Shown: positions 13,416 to 26,300, counted from the stretch's first letter. The stretch: DNA of 64,000 nt from Felis catus (GCF_018350175.1 NC_058368.1:46998001-47062000); one strand, 5' to 3'. The notes: generated by a model not told the origin, from the sequence alone. Program-made: numbers and translations.

Positions 13416-13609
13416 GAGACACCTGGTGGCTTAGTCAGTTAAGCATCACCTCTTGATTTCAGTTCAGGTCATGATCTTATGGTTGTTGAGACTGAGCCCT
13501 GCAAAGAGCCCACTTGGGATTCTCTCCCTCTTTCTCTCTGCCCCTTTCTCACTCATGCTCTCTCCCACTCTTTCTCTCTCTCAAAATAAATAAGTAAACT
13601 GAAAAAAAA
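13416..13609 (+). mobile_element. Can-SINE (short internal deletion), inserted at the MLT1 terminus
   Basis: Head, CT region and tail; degenerate TSD AAAAA(C/T)AGA(T/C)TGAATTA. Confidence 0.93.
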
Positions 13610-13614
13610 TAGAC

Positions 13615-14132
13615 TGAATTAGTTTCTTATTGCTGCTGTAACAACTGTACCACAAATATATGGATTAAAACAATGTATATTGATTATCTTACAGTTCTCG
13701 AGTTAGGAAGTTCAAAATGGATCTTACTGGACTAAAATTAAGGTGTTAACAAGGTGGTGTTCCTTTCTGGAGCCCTAGGGGAGAATCTGATTTCTTGTCT
13801 TTTTCAGTTTCCGGAGGCTGCCTGCTTTCTTTGGCTCATGACACCTTTACATCTCCAAAGCCAACAATGGCAGACTGAGTCTTTTTCACATAGCATCCTC
13901 TGACACAAGCTTTTTTCCCTCCCTCTTAGACATTTAAGGACACTTGTAATTATACTGGGTGTACCTGGATAATCCAGGATAATCTTCCTATTTGAAAGTC
14001 AGCTGAAGAGCAATCTTCATTCTTTTTGCTACTTTAAATTTTCCTTTGCCACATAATCTAACATATTCACAGGTTCCAGGAATAAAGATGTCAATGGGGA
14101 GATCTCGAGGAGCCGTTTTTCTGCCTACCATA
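13615..14132 (-). mobile_element. MLT1 (C/D-like) solo LTR
   Basis: TTAGTTTCTTATTGCTGCTGTAACAA...TCTGCCTACCATA matches the reverse complement of MLT1 termini. Confidence 0.88.
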
Positions 14133-14408
14133 GAGCCCAACTAAGCTCCATTATTTTTAGGGCTTTTTCCCCCCATAGATACTTCTTTTTCATAAATAGT
14201 TTATTGTTGTTTTATTCGTAGGAAAACATGGCTGCTTAAAATTAGTCATGTTGAGAAGTTCCTTCAGGTAACTCAAATAAAAAGATCTATAAAAGCCATT
14301 TTGAACGCATATCCAAACCCTGAAGAAATGTTTACTGATGTATTCAAGTGACACATCTATAGTTTCAAAACACTGAACAAAGTACAACGGACTAAGGAAT
14401 ACCCTTAC

Positions 14409-14481
14409 CTCAGCAGCATTTGTTTATGACTTAGGCATAATGTATGATGCAGCTTCTGCGCTGTGTGATTTAGCCAAACAT
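14409..14481 (-). other. Candidate 73-nt internal exon of an unidentified transcript
   Basis: Strong acceptor TATGTCTTTCTTTTAG|A and donor GAG|GTAAGG in unique sequence; no recognisable protein. Confidence 0.3.
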
Positions 14482-14799
14482 CTAAAAGAAAGACATAACA
14501 TTGCCAGAAGCCTATTCTAGGGTGTCAAAGCAGATTCAGGTCTTTGCATCAATGGCTGACAATCCCGGATCTTTTGCTGAAGAGGCTGTCAGAGCTTTTC
14601 AGAACTTGCTCTTTTAACAACATTCACTACACATGATAAAACGTCTTAAAAGAAGTGATGGAGAAATTCCCATTAGTCCTCAAGATGAAAAGACCAAAAC
14701 TCTACACAATGGCATCCTTTAAAAATATTATTTTTTTCTAAGATAGCTGTGTGCAAAATCACAAACTGTGTCATGGATTAACATACCTTCTGAAAACTG

Positions 14800-15012
14800 T
14801 TTTTTTTTAATTTTTAATGTTTATTTATTTTTGAGAGAGAGAGAGAGTGAGCTGGGGAGGGGCAGAGAGAAGAGGGAGACACAGAATCCGAAGCAGGTTC
14901 CAGGCTCCAAGCTGTCAGCACAGAGCCCGACACTGGCTGGAAACCACCAGCAGTGAGATCATGACCTGAGCGGAAGTCAGACGCTTAACCAACAGAGCCA
15001 CCCAGGCATCCC
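14800..15012 (-). mobile_element. Can-SINE
   Basis: TSD CCTTCTGAAAACT (14786-14798 and 15011-15023). Confidence 0.95.
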
Positions 15013-15761
15013 TTCTGAAAACTATTTTGATGCTTGAATCAAGAGGGAGACACCCAGACTCTTTCTCGCTTTCTTATTTTGACAATTACAGTTTTTTATA
15101 ACGCCTTCATGTTTAGATTGAGCAGTCATAAGTACTGCTTTCTGAAATATATTCCTTACATGTACCTAATGATCTGCTCCTAAAGTACTTGTATTTGGAT
15201 GGTAACTCCTACAGGTCATTTGGCAAAGCGCAATAGAGAAACACACTATATGTTTAGCTAAACCCACATTAAACATTCAGTATATGGATAAGATACGAAG
15301 TAGCCTAATGGATATTACACTAACATTAGAAGCCCCATCTTACAAGTCCTTTCCACCATTTAGTCTCTGCAACTATCTCAGTGTTCCTGTGTCCATTCTG
15401 TTTAATTTTCTTGTTTTAGTCCAGAGAAGTTGATCAGATTTGGATTCCAAATCTACTGCTTAACTGTGCATAGCTGTGCTAGCCATTGGATAGAGATAAA
15501 TTAGGAAAACTAGCGTTTAATGTAACACATGCATTTGAACTAATTCAACTTTTTGCCTCAATGTTCTATCAATGGCACCACAGCTCTCTCTGTTCCTAGG
15601 GTAGGGACATCATCCACCTCTCTTCTTCCCATCTCATCTTCCCATTGTATCCCCATATATAACAGGCATGAAAAATGATGTTAATCCCTGCTACCTGTAT
15701 TCTATGTACAAAGATGTATACTTTCTTTAATTCACAATATTTCAATACAGATATTAGTATT

Positions 15762-15865
15762 CTTTTTTGACGGATGAGGAAAAAGAGGATCAAGAAGGTT
15801 AAGTGACCTTCCCAAGGCCATTAAGCTGGTACATATTTGATTTAAGATTCAAATCTGTCAGGTCT
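15762..15865 (-). mobile_element. MIR core fragment
   Basis: GATGAGGAAAAAGAGG...AGGTTAAGTGACCTTCCCAAGGCCA. Confidence 0.7.
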
Positions 15866-15944
15866 ATCTTGTACAATGGATAAGCCAGTTCCACTGAACA
15901 TTGATGGCTCTAATCAGCAAAACCATATCAATTGTCTTTCTAAA

Positions 15945-16145
15945 GTTGTCTGCATTGGTTCCTTCCTCTCCAGTCTGATTGCTTCGTTTCCTTGTCCAGG
16001 CCTTTATCACCTCTTATTTAGACTCATGAGATAGCTTCTCAACTGGTTTCCTCATTTCCAGTATTTCAACCCTTCAAAGTCAGATTAGACTACTTTGATC
16101 ACGTCCATCACCTGCCCCAAAACCTCCAATGGTGCCGCATTGCCT
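15945..16145 (+). mobile_element. L2 fragment
   Basis: GTCCAGGCCTTTATCACCTCT...AACTGGTTTCCT...AAAACCTCCAATGG, typical of L2. Confidence 0.6.
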
Positions 16146-17096
16146 GGAGGTGGGTTTTCCAATACACTGATCACACATCTTTGCCAGATGGATCATAAAA
16201 CCACATTACCACATTCTTTGCTGGCTTCCTCCTCTCCGATGATGTGACTCACACATTTGAAATGCACAGGGAGGGCTGCCACACCAGTCACTTACTTGCA
16301 TTTCAAATATCCCAGATTAAAGAGAATCTGGATGACTAGAGGCTTTCAGCACATCCCTCTTTGCTGCCACATCCCATTCATTTGGGGGAGTTGGTTAGAA
16401 GCCACACAGATTGAAATAGTGAAGACTGCCTACAAACTCCTAATTCTTCCCTTGATCCTTGTGGTATTCTGACAGAATTTTCCTTTTATCACAATATCTG
16501 ATACTTTCACAGTTCCCATCCCGAACAAATACTTAAAATATCAGACTGCCCAATTCAAAAAGCATGCTCACAAAATTTCAGAGATGTCAGTCTGTAGGAT
16601 GCAATGAAAATGCCTTCTGCTGTATTCAAACCTCTTTATAATTGGCCTGGTCTCCCTTTTAGCTTATTTCCACTGTTTCCCAGCATTCATACCTGGTTAT
16701 TCTCCCCCTACATCACCATCATCCACCTGCATTTATGCTGCCGTACATTTGTTCAAAGCATCTTTTCTGCCTTATTTGTCATCTGCATTGTTCTGTAGTT
16801 ACCTGAATGTTAAACACCTTTCTCTGCTTCACTAAAGCTACAAAATAGAGGACTAAAGGGAGATATTGGCCCCAATAATCTCTGTAGTTCAGTTGTGAGA
16901 ATATGAGTTTCTAAGTATGCCTTATCACAGAGAGGTTGCTAGATGACCATTTTCCAGAATGGTCACTCTCTACTGAGAATGGCTAAAGCACTCTTTGTTC
17001 ATAAACTCAGTGACACAGTTCCAGGGTTACAGAGCTTGAAAAATTTTAGAGCTAATCTCATCCAATCCTCTCACTTAACTGACACATATATTATAA

Positions 17097-17099
<3 letters not shown>

Positions 17100-17140
<41 letters not shown>
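17100..17140. repeat. (TG)n microsatellite
   Basis: Directly visible. Confidence 0.98.
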
Positions 17141-17142
<2 letters not shown>

Positions 17143-18489
17143 TATATCTTAAACTAGATCCCTTCCTTAAGGGAGGAAATGTGTCTTAACCAACTTTGTA
17201 CTTCCTAATGATAGATATTTAATTATTTGATATATGATCTATTGACTGAATAAGAAATTCAAGATAATAAATGATACCAAAATCTCCATAGAGGGCTAAA
17301 TCTAATTTGAGAGGGAATCGTGGCCACAAATAACATGGAAATGGTCAAGAATGAAAACTGTGCACAGAAACAAATCTCCAATTTCTTCCAAAAAATCTGG
17401 GTATAAGAACTATAGAAAAGAAAGCATAAAGAATAAAGAGTTAAAAATAAAAAATTTTCTATTAAATTATCTTTTCTGAGATATGACTTTATGTGAAATA
17501 GCAGAGTAACATCAAAATAAAAGAGTAAAAACACAGGTTTAGAAAAAGTCCAACTATAGAACTGAAACTGGGAAAACAAAGTTTAAAAAGTGAAGTCTCT
17601 TTATAAAGGTTGAAATTTTAACAAAGGCACACACTAAAAATTCTCGAAAGCATTATCTATAATTTTCACTAAACTGCTTATTTTAAACAAATAGTTGCTA
17701 TTCTAAGGTGAATTAATTAGGAACTATATTTGTTTTCTTTAGATGTACAACTGCAGTCAAGTCATGCGTAAAGTTTATTAAAGCTTGGTAATTTTTTTCA
17801 ATAGCATTTCAGGCTCTGTCTTCAATCCACATACACATATGTCAAAAACACTCACCTCTACTTCAAGTTTTAAGTCTCTAAAAAGGGTCTAATTGTACTT
17901 TAATTACTCAAGGGTTTGTTAAATAAACACTAAAAAGATTTATTATCATAGAAAGGCAGAGAGTTCCTGATATTGAAAATTGGCCAACATACACCTATGA
18001 ACTTTCCACCACTGAATCTCCTAGTATGGGATATGGAGAAGCTATGGTGTGAGAAATTCAGGAAATCCCCTATTTTGTACTTGGAAAGAAGAGCAAAGGA
18101 TAAGGCAGGCCACCTGCCCTGAGACCAGATGGTGACTGCTAGTCACCTAGAGACTAGCATCTGACTATTTGCTGCATGATCTGACAGGCTGAGTTTCCAT
18201 TTCCTCCATTGGTACATAGGTGAGATTAATGTTTGGTGTTCTTTGTGTTGAAACAGTCCTAATTTCTATAGAACAAAGTCACGTACAATGTGAGGAGTTT
18301 TAGTAGCTTGAGTCCAGGAATCTACATAAGTGTTCCAAGGATGATTTCAACAGTTCTTTTTAAAGAGCAAAGGTGATCATTAGTATGGCAAAAAGGAGGT
18401 GGGTTGGCTGGTTGGTCGGTTGGCTGGCTGGTTGTTTTTTTTTAACAGACTACCATATTTAAAACTTTGAATTCTTTTGCCTTTACTTG

Positions 18490-18800
18490 CCATGCCTGGT
18501 ATTGTGCTACTGAGTAGAGATACACTGATGAATAAGACGTGGTTTCTCCCTGTAGACTCATAGTCCAGTGGGGAGGAAACAGATAAGAACAAGAGAACGT
18601 AATGACAGAGGAATGCTCAGGGTTCCATGGGAACTCAAATTAAGCATGCATATTTGAGCTTTGAGAAGACAAAAAGATCACTTGGACCAAATCTCAAGAG
18701 ATGGACAAAAAATGGAAGGTGGAAATAGTGGGGGAGGAAGGACATCTAAGAAACAGGCATCAATGTGTGCAAAGTATTGGAAACACAATAGCATATGTTG
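18490..18800 (-). mobile_element. L2 fragment
   Basis: ATGCCTGGTATTGTGCTA...GATGAATAAGAC...CTCATAGTCCAGTGGGAGG. Confidence 0.65.
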
Positions 18801-20051
18801 CAATAGGTGGGAATTTGCTCACTACAACTACAATACAGACAGAAAAATGTAACTTTCGGGATTCTCTTTAATGATTTTCTTCTTGCACTGAACACCTTGT
18901 CGCTCTCCTACCATTTCACTGATGAGTAGAAAAAGTACTGAAACAGAATTACTTGAGATTTTATGCAAGTCCCCCTGCCCTGAGATAAACTAGATATCTT
19001 TTGAGAAACTTGTATTTCAAGGTTTCTTCATCCATCCCCATCTTCTTTGCTTCTCTTCTGGTGGGACAGGAAAACTTCAGGCATCTCACTGCGAAAGGGA
19101 AGGGGTCCTTCTCTACAGGCTCTCCACTTGAGATGCCATTTTCTTGACTGTTCTGTGGATGTCATTCAGCACCTATAACCTGTGGGAATTCTCTCTGTAT
19201 GGACTAGAGTGAGTACAACTTCTAGAGAACTCAACTGGTCTCCCCAAGGTTGAGGCTCTGAAACTCAACCCAGTCTTCATTTGGCCAGTAATTTGGGAGG
19301 TCCACCTCAGAGCATTTGCTATGAGATTCACTCACCCTGCGTAGTGCCTTACTCTTTGCTGATACACTTAGATGATACTCACTGAGACTCCCATAACATC
19401 CCATGACAACCTCTGAATCTCTCCCATGACATTTGGAGACTATGAGAAATAAGTGATGACCTATGTGAGGCTCTCTCACACTCTCTACCCCATCAAGTTT
19501 ATGTATTGGTACAGGGCCCCTCAAATGACCTTGAAATTTTTCTATGGGCTTGAGGTCCAGAGGAACTAGCTCTGTAATTGCCCCAAACCATTCTTCTTGT
19601 TTCACAGACTTTACCTTAAGTGGGTGAGGGGGCCTGAGATAAGGCTCATTGACGACATGCTCTGTTACTATCTCTTACTCTCATTCTCTCTCTTTCCCGC
19701 CCCTCTCCCTCCTAGATAAAGAGAAGGGCCTTCTATGCCCTTCCTGTCAGGGAAGGATTTTCTCTGTATTATTTTTGTTATTATTTTCTTTATATTCTCC
19801 CACCTTTGCCTTAAAGGTAGAAAGGCTGCAGGAAAAGATGTTAGATTGCTGAGAAGGGAAAATATATTGGGAAATACCTCAAAAATATTGCCTTCATTAA
19901 ACATATTCGGGGAATTACAAGTAGTTTGGTATAGTGGCCAATTAATTCCTAAAGACACAGACACCTGAATTGGGAAATGATGTGCTTGGGCTATTTCAGC
20001 TGATACTACAATCAGGAAAACAGCTTTGTAGTGACACATTTTCTTGATTTA

Positions 20052-20305
20052 GGGCGGTGTTTAGTGGTTAAGAACAAGAGCTCTGAAGTCATATTATCTG
20101 GGCTCCAATTTTATATCCACCACTTACTTACTGTGCATACCTTGGGAAATTTACATCAGCTCTTTTCATGCTTTAGTTTCCTCATCTATAAAAGAGCAAA
20201 AGTACCAGTATCTACTTTGGATGGTTGTTGTGATAAATTCATTGATTCTGTACCAAAAAAATTACAGTAGTGACCAACATGCAGAAAACACTCAAAAAAG
20301 TTAGA
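20052..20305 (+). mobile_element. Near full-length MIR
   Basis: TAGTGGTTAAGAACAAGAGCTCTG...ACCTTGGGAAATT...AGTTTCCTCATCTATAAAA. Confidence 0.85.
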
Positions 20306-22442
20306 CTTATTAACAATGATATACTAAAAATAAAACCTGTTATTTTCTAACTTCATGAGAAAATCCATCATGCCCCATGGTGAATGTGTGGTATAATGAA
20401 TCCTTGGCCATTAAGTTTATATTTTGAAATTGTAGCCATTTTTCTTTTAGCAGAACAAGAACAAATAAGCAGTATACGGAGTCTCTTGATATTTAATCAC
20501 GCAACCTAGAATGAGGTTTCGTCAAATCATTGTTAGATGTTAGATAATCAGCATATGTGTTTTTCTTCCTAAAAGGCAGCAGCCGCACAATGCTTCCATT
20601 TCCTCTTTCTTCTGTTTGAAAATAACATCTTCTCTCTGATGTGTGTTCACAACTTCCATTAGAGTTCATGGAAACTTTGTGGTCAAGCCAGAAGGCACAA
20701 TTTGATGCCAAGGGACATTAAGCAAGCTGTTGTGACAATTTGCTCAGCCTTAATCAAGTAGGACAACTTGAACAAGGACTATTATTGAATAGTTTGGTCC
20801 CTCGATGCTGCCATAACGGGTGAGGCACCTTGAAGTTATCCTGCAAATTACGTTTCAATGAAGATCTGAGTTTGATTTGACTCATCAACGATTATACTTT
20901 AAGTTTTCTTTACCGCTCCATCTTCTACGTGGATTTGATTTGAAAATTAACATTTTTTTTGTATCAGCAACCTTGTATCTGGGATCACAGTTTCTTGTGA
21001 TTTCTTGTGACAAATTCTTGTGACAATTTTTTCAATTTTTTCAAGCATGTTGATCTTTGAAAAATCTAGAAACTTATTTAATGAAATGTCAGTATGAAAG
21101 GAAATGAAAAAAACTTAATTGCCATTCAAAAGCGAACATGGAAAAATGTGGTAATAAACCCCTATGACGTTCTCAGTTACAAAGCAAGACAACTAAGTGA
21201 CACATTTATTTTAACATGTTTAATATAATAGTGATTGGAAATTAAATGTCAATGCAAAAGATTAAAAATAAGTATTGCATACCAAAGATATCTAGAAATT
21301 TGAAAAATAGACAAATAAGAATTATCTGTATTATCTGTAACGAAATTCAGGCAACTAGGGAGGGAACTCCAACCATAAACAATAAAAGGCATTAAGAAAT
21401 GTGAAGCAAAACTTTAAACTTGTAATTGCTGTAAAAACCTACATTATTTCTAGAGAATGGGTGATTTGCTGAATAAATGATTTACTGGCAAGAATAGCCT
21501 CATACACACTTAAAGACGTTTTAGCGTGATAAAGTTCTTTTATTCTCACAGGGAGTAAGGAAATTCTCAGATTTGACACAGCAGGCTTAGAGTGGGCTGG
21601 TCCCACAGTGAACTTTCCTGTCTCTGAATCAGTTTTTTTTTTTTTTCTTTCATACCATATTTTGTAAATGCCACCAGAAGCCTTTGGGAAAGTTTTGTTT
21701 TTGCTTATATGAATACTGGAAACTGCTGTGTATAAATGGCATAAAGAGAATTGCTTTGGTCCTTGAACAGCAAACTCTTCCTTTAATAAAATTGGTAATG
21801 AATTCAAAGTTACAATATAGCGCTATGCTTAGTCGAAATAGTCACCTCTGGAGAGTTCTTGAATGGCTGAATGAATGAGAAAAAATAACGCAGAGTTGTA
21901 AAATTGAATACCAAAATGCGGGAGCATCAAAATGAAGCCACATATTTAGAAGATTTATACAAAACATTAAAAAATTGGGGCTCTAGATCAGAAGTATATT
22001 TGGATAGTTGCCATTTCACCATGGAAATGTTACATGTTATCCTACTTAATAAAGACAGAATGAGCCAGTACAGCACCTTGTTTTTGTAATGACCTAAAAC
22101 AAACTGTTGAATAACTTCTTAGTGTCTATAGTATACCTAGAACTTGGCACAGCCTCAAAGTGGTCTAGACACTCATCAAAATGTGAGACCCGCAGAGTTT
22201 TCTAAACTGGAAAAAGCTATTTTTTTCTCCAGCTACGACCCTGCCACGTTCATGCTCCTACTGCCAAAACAGTAGTAAAAGTCCATTACGTGAAATTAAT
22301 GCTCAAATTAAACATTTTATATTAGTTACAGTTTTCACTTCCAACTGTCCGTGTATTTCCTCGTTTGCTCCTTCGGAGATTTACATATTGTATTCAAACC
22401 CCAACATACAGCAAATTATGTCAGTCAAAAATTAAGTCAGCC

Positions 22443-22656
22443 TTTATTTTCTTAATTTTTTAATGTTTATTTATTTTTGAGAGAGAGAGACAGAGCGTGA
22501 GTGGGATAGGGCAGAGAGAGGGAGACACAGAATCTGAAGCAGGTTCCAGCCTCTGAGCTGTCAGCACAGCTGACGTGGGGCTCAAACCCATGAGCCTTAA
22601 GATCATGACTTGAGCCGAAGTCAGACACTTGACCGACTGAGCCACCCAGGTGCCCC
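22443..22656 (-). mobile_element. Can-SINE
   Basis: Antisense SINE ending GCCACCCAGGTGCCCC. Confidence 0.95.
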
Positions 22657-22688
22657 TCAAATACTTTCTTCTAAAAGCACCTACTGTT

Positions 22689-22900
22689 GGCGCACCCGGG
22701 TGGCTCAGTCAGTTAAGCATCCAATTCTTAATTTCAGCTCCGGTCACAATCTTGTGGTTCGTGGGTTCGAGCCCCATATCAGACTCCACACTGTCAGTGC
22801 AGAGCCTACTTGGGATTCTTTCTCTCTCCTCTCTTTCATCCACCTCCACCGGTTGTCTCTCTCTCAAAAATAAATAAACTTAAAAAATAAAGAAATAAAA
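22689..22900 (+). mobile_element. Can-SINE
   Basis: Head GGCGCACCCGGGTGGCTCAGTC, A-rich tail; degenerate TSD TAAAAGC(A/C)CC(T/C)AC. Confidence 0.95.
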
Positions 22901-23069
22901 GCCCCCACGCTTGTGGGTCTTTCTCATGGTATCAGCACCAATTTCCAAAAAGTTCGGACAAGTGAAGCGAGAAATATAAAAAAAGTCATACATATCAGTG
23001 TGACAAAGTCAACTGGAAACATTGCTCTAAAAGTAGTTTAAGGGCCAAGAAACAGAAACTGGGACTTAC

Positions 23070-23132
23070 TTCAAAATCATTTCTCCTAATAGCATTATTT
23101 TTGATAAAAATTGCACAGAAATACTTTATAAC
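23070..23132 (-). other. Candidate exon with consensus donor
   Basis: Donor GAA|GTAAGT. Acceptor TTGCATCAG|G is weak, so the 5' boundary is uncertain (could be a first exon). Confidence 0.2.
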
Positions 23133-23199
23133 CTGATGCAATATCAAACACCCATTTAAAACGTGAAATAATAATAGCAAATTTCGTAGGGCAAAAATA

Positions 23200-23340
23200 T
23201 TGCTGTCAGTGCAACTTTTCAAATAACAGGCTGACAGGAAGATGCAGCTAAAGTTGTAGACAAAACAATGAAATCACTTTGTTTTGTCATGTTTATTTGC
23301 ATTCAAGTCAGAAAAAGGGTAATTAACAGGGTAATGAAAT
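23200..23340. promoter_or_regulatory. Candidate enhancer: inverted SOX sites, octamer, TGACAG and TAATTA motifs
   Basis: AACAATG-6nt-CTTTGTT inside palindrome 23259-23288; ATTTGCAT at 23295-23302; motif-only evidence. Confidence 0.3.
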
Positions 23341-26300
23341 CTGAAGGAAAACACGTTTCTAGCATTTTCTTTGAAGCTGAAATAATTTCTCTATACTGCT
23401 TTCGATTTACGTGAAAAAGTCACTATGTATTTTCTATCCGCAAATATACTTGCCCTTTATCCCAAGGTTATCATTTTTTTAAACATGTAAAAATTAAGAT
23501 TTTTAAACTGTTTCTTAAACTCATTGGCTAAAAACAGTCAAAAACGCTAAGAATTATTTCATTGGCCAATTACTCTAACCTTACTCTATATATTACAGCT
23601 TGGACTAACCAATCAAAATGCAAAATATTAGCAAGGTCATAGTAGTATAACAAAACATACTACTATATTTCACAGATTACAAAAGACATTAAAATTCTGA
23701 TACCCCATTCATAAGGAAAAGATTGTAATGAGAATAGAAAATGGCACAACATTAATTCATTGTGTGACAAAGAATATAATGAGAATGGGAAATAGTACAA
23801 ACATAACTCATTCTTGTTACAGTTTTAAGATTGTAATGTCATGGTTCATATCACATACTTAGCAAGAAGGTGGTAGTCAACGTGTCGCAATATTCAATGG
23901 CTATTCTGAATTTAGGAAGAGGATTATTTTAAATGTATATGTGCACATATACACACAATATTTAATTTTTTTATTTTCAGGAATGGGCATGTTTAAAATT
24001 TAAATAATGTTGCTAAAAAGTTTGATTTGAGTAGATAGCATGTGTATGATTAAAATATGAAGAGTACTGCCATAAATCCACTGGACAAGTGAAAATATGA
24101 AACTAAAATGTGCTATTGGATACATTCAAGTTAATATTTTAAAATGAAATAAAATGTATTGGTGAGCAATTGCTTTAAATCACTTTGCAAAGCAACGCGT
24201 GATTTTATAAAATATTCAACTATTACATCGCAAAGTCAGGAATGTTTGCCGCATGGTTTCAAGTCTTCACCTGACAATCAGTTCTGCTCTCTGACTTTTT
24301 TTGAGAAGAACAAATACATTCTCTGTAAGTACTGGAGGCAATATTCTAGTAACTGGGAAAGCAAAGCAGATATTTTGCAACCCAAATATAATCTTTACTG
24401 GCAATGTAAAATGTCTAATGAGGACTTGTGGCCAGAAATATGTTTCAAAGAAAGTCTGAAAAGTTGCTTTAAAGTAATTATAGGGATTAAAAATGACAGC
24501 TCTATTTCATCAGTTTTAAATTATTCACCCTAGTATAAAGGCATATTATGGATCATCACAAACACATCCTGTGTGTGTGTGTCTGTGTGTACTTAAAAAT
24601 ACATTCCTACTTTACCCCTAGTTGATTCTACTTTTTAATTACATAAGCAGCGGTTAATATTAAGATTACATTTAAACTTATTTGCATTTGTTAAATAAAT
24701 ATCCAATAACATGCTGGGATGTGGGGTCAAATTTAATTAACCCAGGATTTAAAAATTGACATGAATTATCCCAAAAATAGATAACCCACACATTTTTAAT
24801 TGAGTAGTTGGCATGGGAATATTCCACTTTTAAACATCCTGAGTTTATGGGGAAAGTTGAATGTAAAAAAGAATTTTTGTAAAATGAATAATTACCTCTA
24901 TTAAAAATGCGTTCAAGGGAAAAAAAAGTGCTAGTTCCATTATAAAATAAAAATCTACACCTAAGAACATGCTTAATACTACATTAACTATCTCTACAAA
25001 ATATAGTTAGATAGTGTCTTCTTTTTTAATTTCACAAAATCTAAAGTTCTGGTAACTTTCCAGATTTTGCTGATTATTTAGTACATTGAAATAATATTTA
25101 AAATAACAATCTTTTTGTTCCGTAAATTACGTTTCTGTGTCATATCTGAAAATGGCATGGAAATATAGACGGAGATAGTTTTATTGGCTGTAAGTAAGAA
25201 TATTAGTCTTTAATTAGGTTGTAAAACTGTGATTTGGTGAAACTAAATAGTACTGATCTAAAGGGAATAATATCTTAATAGATTTTAAGGACACTTTAGA
25301 ATATAGGGATTATATTGCCCAAAACTAATTGTGGGTCCAATGGATGGTCAGGATCTCTTTCTTAACAACTCACCTGGCATAGAAAATCCTTGTCTACATT
25401 AGTTGCTCCTCTAGAGATTGTGGTTTAAAAAAGGAGAACTACAGAATACAATGCTATAGGGCTCATAATTATTTCAAAGTCCAAACAGATTCCTAAAAGT
25501 GAGATTTCAATATTTAACATATCCCCTGAAAAACAAATTGTTTGGTCTAAAAATTTTAAAGAAAGAAGAAAAGTGTATCAAAGTTCATGGTGATGAATTT
25601 AAACAACTATGACCAGGTCAGGGGATTCAAAGAACAACTTGGTGTGTTATTACAATGCTTAAAAACAGACTTCCTTTTTTTTGGTTTTTGGTTTTTGTTT
25701 TTTGGTTCTTTTTGGTTTACTCTGTGTGCATGTTTTGAATCTACTGTAGACAATTGGACAGTTGCTCTCTATTGTGATATATGCCTAAGATTTGTATCCT
25801 AGTTTGCCTTGTTTTGCCAAATACAGGTTTCAAAACAAGTTAATTTAATGCAGAAAACAACGTGATGCTTTCTTACCCATGGAATACTGGGCTGTAGTTT
25901 ATGTACATGAGCAGCTTTATGTATCTAATGTGACTTTGAGTCTTCAACTTTTAATGCACCAATTAAGATGTTCAAACCTCGGATTTAAATAGCTGTCTAT
26001 GACTGCTGATGGTTGATTTATTTCCTGATAATCATTGGAGCTGCTAAGTGAAAAACCAGAGAAAGCATCTCTTTAAGAACACTGATCTTATGCGTAACAC
26101 TTGCTGAAGACAGATTCTGGGATTGTAGTGAGGGCAAAGGGCTGGTGAGACATTTTAAAAATCTGAATACATTGCTCTCTTTCTTGGGGAACTGTTTTCA
26201 TCATCTAACAAACATTTTTGACCAGTATTAATATATTAACCATTGCATAGCATTTGAAACTCAATACCAAACTGTGATAGTGAGACTGGGAATATACAAA

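Noticed and set aside
24159..24533. 124-aa ORF on +
   Set aside because: Non-ATG start, AT-rich composition, no homology recognised; consistent with chance.
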